Assembly: GCA_963848135.1 (NCBI GenBank)
Contig: CAWKCK010000018.1
Location: forward strand, 448,938 to 512,937
From: an uncultured delta proteobacterium
GTDB taxonomy: Bacteria; Desulfobacterota; Desulfobacteria; Desulfobacterales; SG8-13
Reading direction: 5' to 3'
DNA: 64,000 nt
In this document: piece by piece, positions 62,026 to 64,000 of the stretch
How the letters are laid out: every line of letters begins with the position of its first letter
Position numbering within the stretch: position 1 is the first letter of the stretch
The notes under the pieces: generated by a model
Database searches by the model: none
What the model was told of the DNA's origin: nothing
What the model saw: the letters and a program-made list of their open reading frames with translations, nothing else
Translations under genes and position numbers: made by a program

Positions 62026-64000
62026 TTAACCCGTATTGCCTGGTGTCGTATCGAGAGTGTCCGGTTGGTTGCCACTGGATTCATCCTCCGATCCGGCAAC
62101 CGGCCAAAAGACACTAAAGGCGGATCCCTTTCCCACCCGGCTTGTCACCGCTATTTCTCCGCCATATCCCTTGACAATACCGTGGATGATGGCCAATCCC
62201 ATCCCGGTGCCGCCATCGTGTTTGCGGGTGGTGAAAAAGGGCTCGAATATGCGCTCCAGATGTTCGGCGGGTATACCGTGACCGGTATCGGCCACGGTCA
62301 ATTTTACAAAGCCATTGGGGGCCACCAAATCGTCCCTCTCGACAGCTTTAGGTCCCTCCGTGGTGTTAGCCAATTTGACGGTCAGCGTTCCATTGCCGGA
62401 AGGCATGGCACTGATGGCGTTCATGCATAGATTCGAAACCACCTGACTGACCGGTATTTCATCCGCCATGATCCGGGCGTCCGAGTCTACCGAAAGATGA
62501 ATCTCAATGTTTTCCGGAGCCGTTGCGACGATTGTTTCCACGGCTTTCAAGACAACTTCCTTCAATTCTATCGGCTTCGGTTCCAACAGCTTCTGGCGGC
62601 TGAAGACTTTTATCTGCACAACCAAATCTCTGGCCCGTTTGACTGTTTCACGGATTCCCACCAAGCAGGGCCTAATAGGCGATTCGACCGAGATCTCGTC
62701 AAGGGCGGTATCGCTGTAAATCATTATCGCCTGAAGAAAATTGGTGAAGTCATGGGCGATAGCTCCGGACAGCCGACCCATAGCCTCCATTCTTTGGGCC
62801 TGGACGAGTTGTTTTTCCAGACCCTTTCGCTCGGAAAGGTCCTGCCAGGTCTCAAGCGTTCCGAGGGAACGGCCGTTTTCGTCCCTGAACTGAACGATAG
62901 CCGCCAGCAACCAACACCCATTATCTCCCAGTTGGGGGACAAATACTTCTACTTCCGAGGTCCCCGAAGAAATAACGCGGCGATGCGATCGAAGGTGAGT
63001 CGCCCCCTCCGCAGAATCATCTATGGAACAATCGCCGATCAATTTTAGAAGATAAGGGGTATCTTTATCTGCCGGGCTTGCGCTGTTCACCTCACGGCCG
63101 ACGGCATCGTTCGACAAGATGCCAGTCAGTTCTTCACAGGCCCGATTCCAAAAGAGTATTTTTCCGTTTCGATCCGCTACCAGAGTCGGGAAAGGCGTTC
63201 CCTGAACAATACGATTCAGAAGCACTTGGTTTTCCCGGAGGGCTTTGGTCCGGTGTATAACCAACCGATTCAAAGACCATATCCATACGCCCCCGAGAGC
63301 GAGAAGAAGGACCAGGGGCAAACCGAGCCATTTGGCGAGACTTACCAGCCTGTCCCTGAACTTGTTTTGTTCATAAACAGAAAACCATTTAAGGTATATG
63401 CGGTCGTACTCCCCACTATTCTGGACTAGGTAGAGGCCTTCATTGAGCAGAGCCAAAAGATCCGAATCCCCGGCCTTGACGGCAAATCCCATCTTCTGGG
63501 TTAACACCGGTGGTCCGATGGTTTTAAGGTTGCCGATCTTCTGGGACCGCATCAAGTCAAGTCCGTTCAGCCTGATGAGAACAGCACAGTCGTATTCTCC
63601 CTGGGATAACTTTCTCAATGCCTCTTCGGGGCGATCAACGGTTACAATTTTGGGTGTAAATTCATTCTGAAGCAGCCAATCGTGGGCATAAACACTTTTG
63701 ACCACAAGGATTTCCTTTCCTTTGAGATCCATGGGTGTTTTGATTGCAGAATCCTTGCGAACGAAAACAGCATAGGAAATAACAATGTGAGGGATCGAGA
63801 AGTCGTAAACTCTGTCCCGTTCCTGCGAATAGAGAACACCGGTCAATCCCTGGATTCGGCCGGTTTCGAGTTCATGCCTTATCGTGGCGAACGGGCCGAG
63901 ATCGATTTGTATTTTCAACCCCACTTGGCGGGCCACGGCTTTAATCAGGTCGATGTTGTAACCGTCCGGTTCATTCTCTTCATTGATAAACTCATAGGGG
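62026..64000 (-). CDS. Sensor histidine kinase with periplasmic amino-acid-binding (SBP_bac_3) and PAS domains; 5' end beyond the window
   Basis: Frame stays open to the edge (PYEFINE..DGYNIDLIKAVARQ); AIAHDFTN, DTGHG, GTGMGL. Confidence 0.9.
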   Translation of the reverse strand, partial: PYEFINEENEPDGYNIDLIKAVARQVGLKIQIDLGPFATIRHELETGRIQGLTGVLYSQERDRVYDFSIPHIVISYAVFVRKDSAIKTPMDLKGKEILVVKSVYAHDWLLQNEFTPKIVTVDRPEEALRKLSQGEYDCAVLIRLNGLDLMRSQKIGNLKTIGPPVLTQKMGFAVKAGDSDLLALLNEGLYLVQNSGEYDRIYLKWFSVYEQNKFRDRLVSLAKWLGLPLVLLLALGGVWIWSLNRLVIHRTKALRENQVLLNRIVQGTPFPTLVADRNGKILFWNRACEELTGILSNDAVGREVNSASPADKDTPYLLKLIGDCSIDDSAEGATHLRSHRRVISSGTSEVEVFVPQLGDNGCWLLAAIVQFRDENGRSLGTLETWQDLSERKGLEKQLVQAQRMEAMGRLSGAIAHDFTNFLQAIMIYSDTALDEISVESPIRPCLVGIRETVKRARDLVVQIKVFSRQKLLEPKPIELKEVVLKAVETIVATAPENIEIHLSVDSDARIMADEIPVSQVVSNLCMNAISAMPSGNGTLTVKLANTTEGPKAVERDDLVAPNGFVKLTVADTGHGIPAEHLERIFEPFFTTRKHDGGTGMGLAIIHGIVKGYGGEIAVTSRVGKGSAFSVFWPVAGSEDESSGNQPDTLDTTPGNTG

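Overview
A 64-kb bacterial chromosomal window. Gene content (sigma-54 systems, DUF1566, YeiH-type exporter, DUF1638) suggests an anaerobic Desulfobacterota-like deltaproteobacterium; this is inference. The first ~22 kb is an accessory, mobile-element-rich region. It holds minus-strand genes bounded by integron attC-like sites with no integrase in view, and an internally deleted IIB group II intron sitting in a half attC. It also holds two apparently identical, inverted 1727-bp IS110 elements that flank a 1711-aa surface protein and a Y1/RAYT-like transposase. The strongest result is the IS110 3' non-coding end. It folds into a two-loop bridge-RNA-like structure whose guide segments (ATGGACGT and AGGGAC) match the reconstructed insertion site ATGGGC-GT-CCCT. 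That site is the terminal repeat of the RAYT-like element, so this looks like an RNA-guided IS aimed at another mobile element's ends. The rest is mostly signalling, transport and metabolism: selO, dksA, cls, mgtE, hybrid kinases, an adenylate cyclase, a heme-c sensor/sigma-54/YeiH module, an amino-acid ABC transporter, PLP enzymes, cobO, HD-GYP and PP2C regulators. Several genes between 24 and 38 kb carry single-base frameshifts that may be sequencing errors. All calls were made by eye; no searches or folding programs were run.
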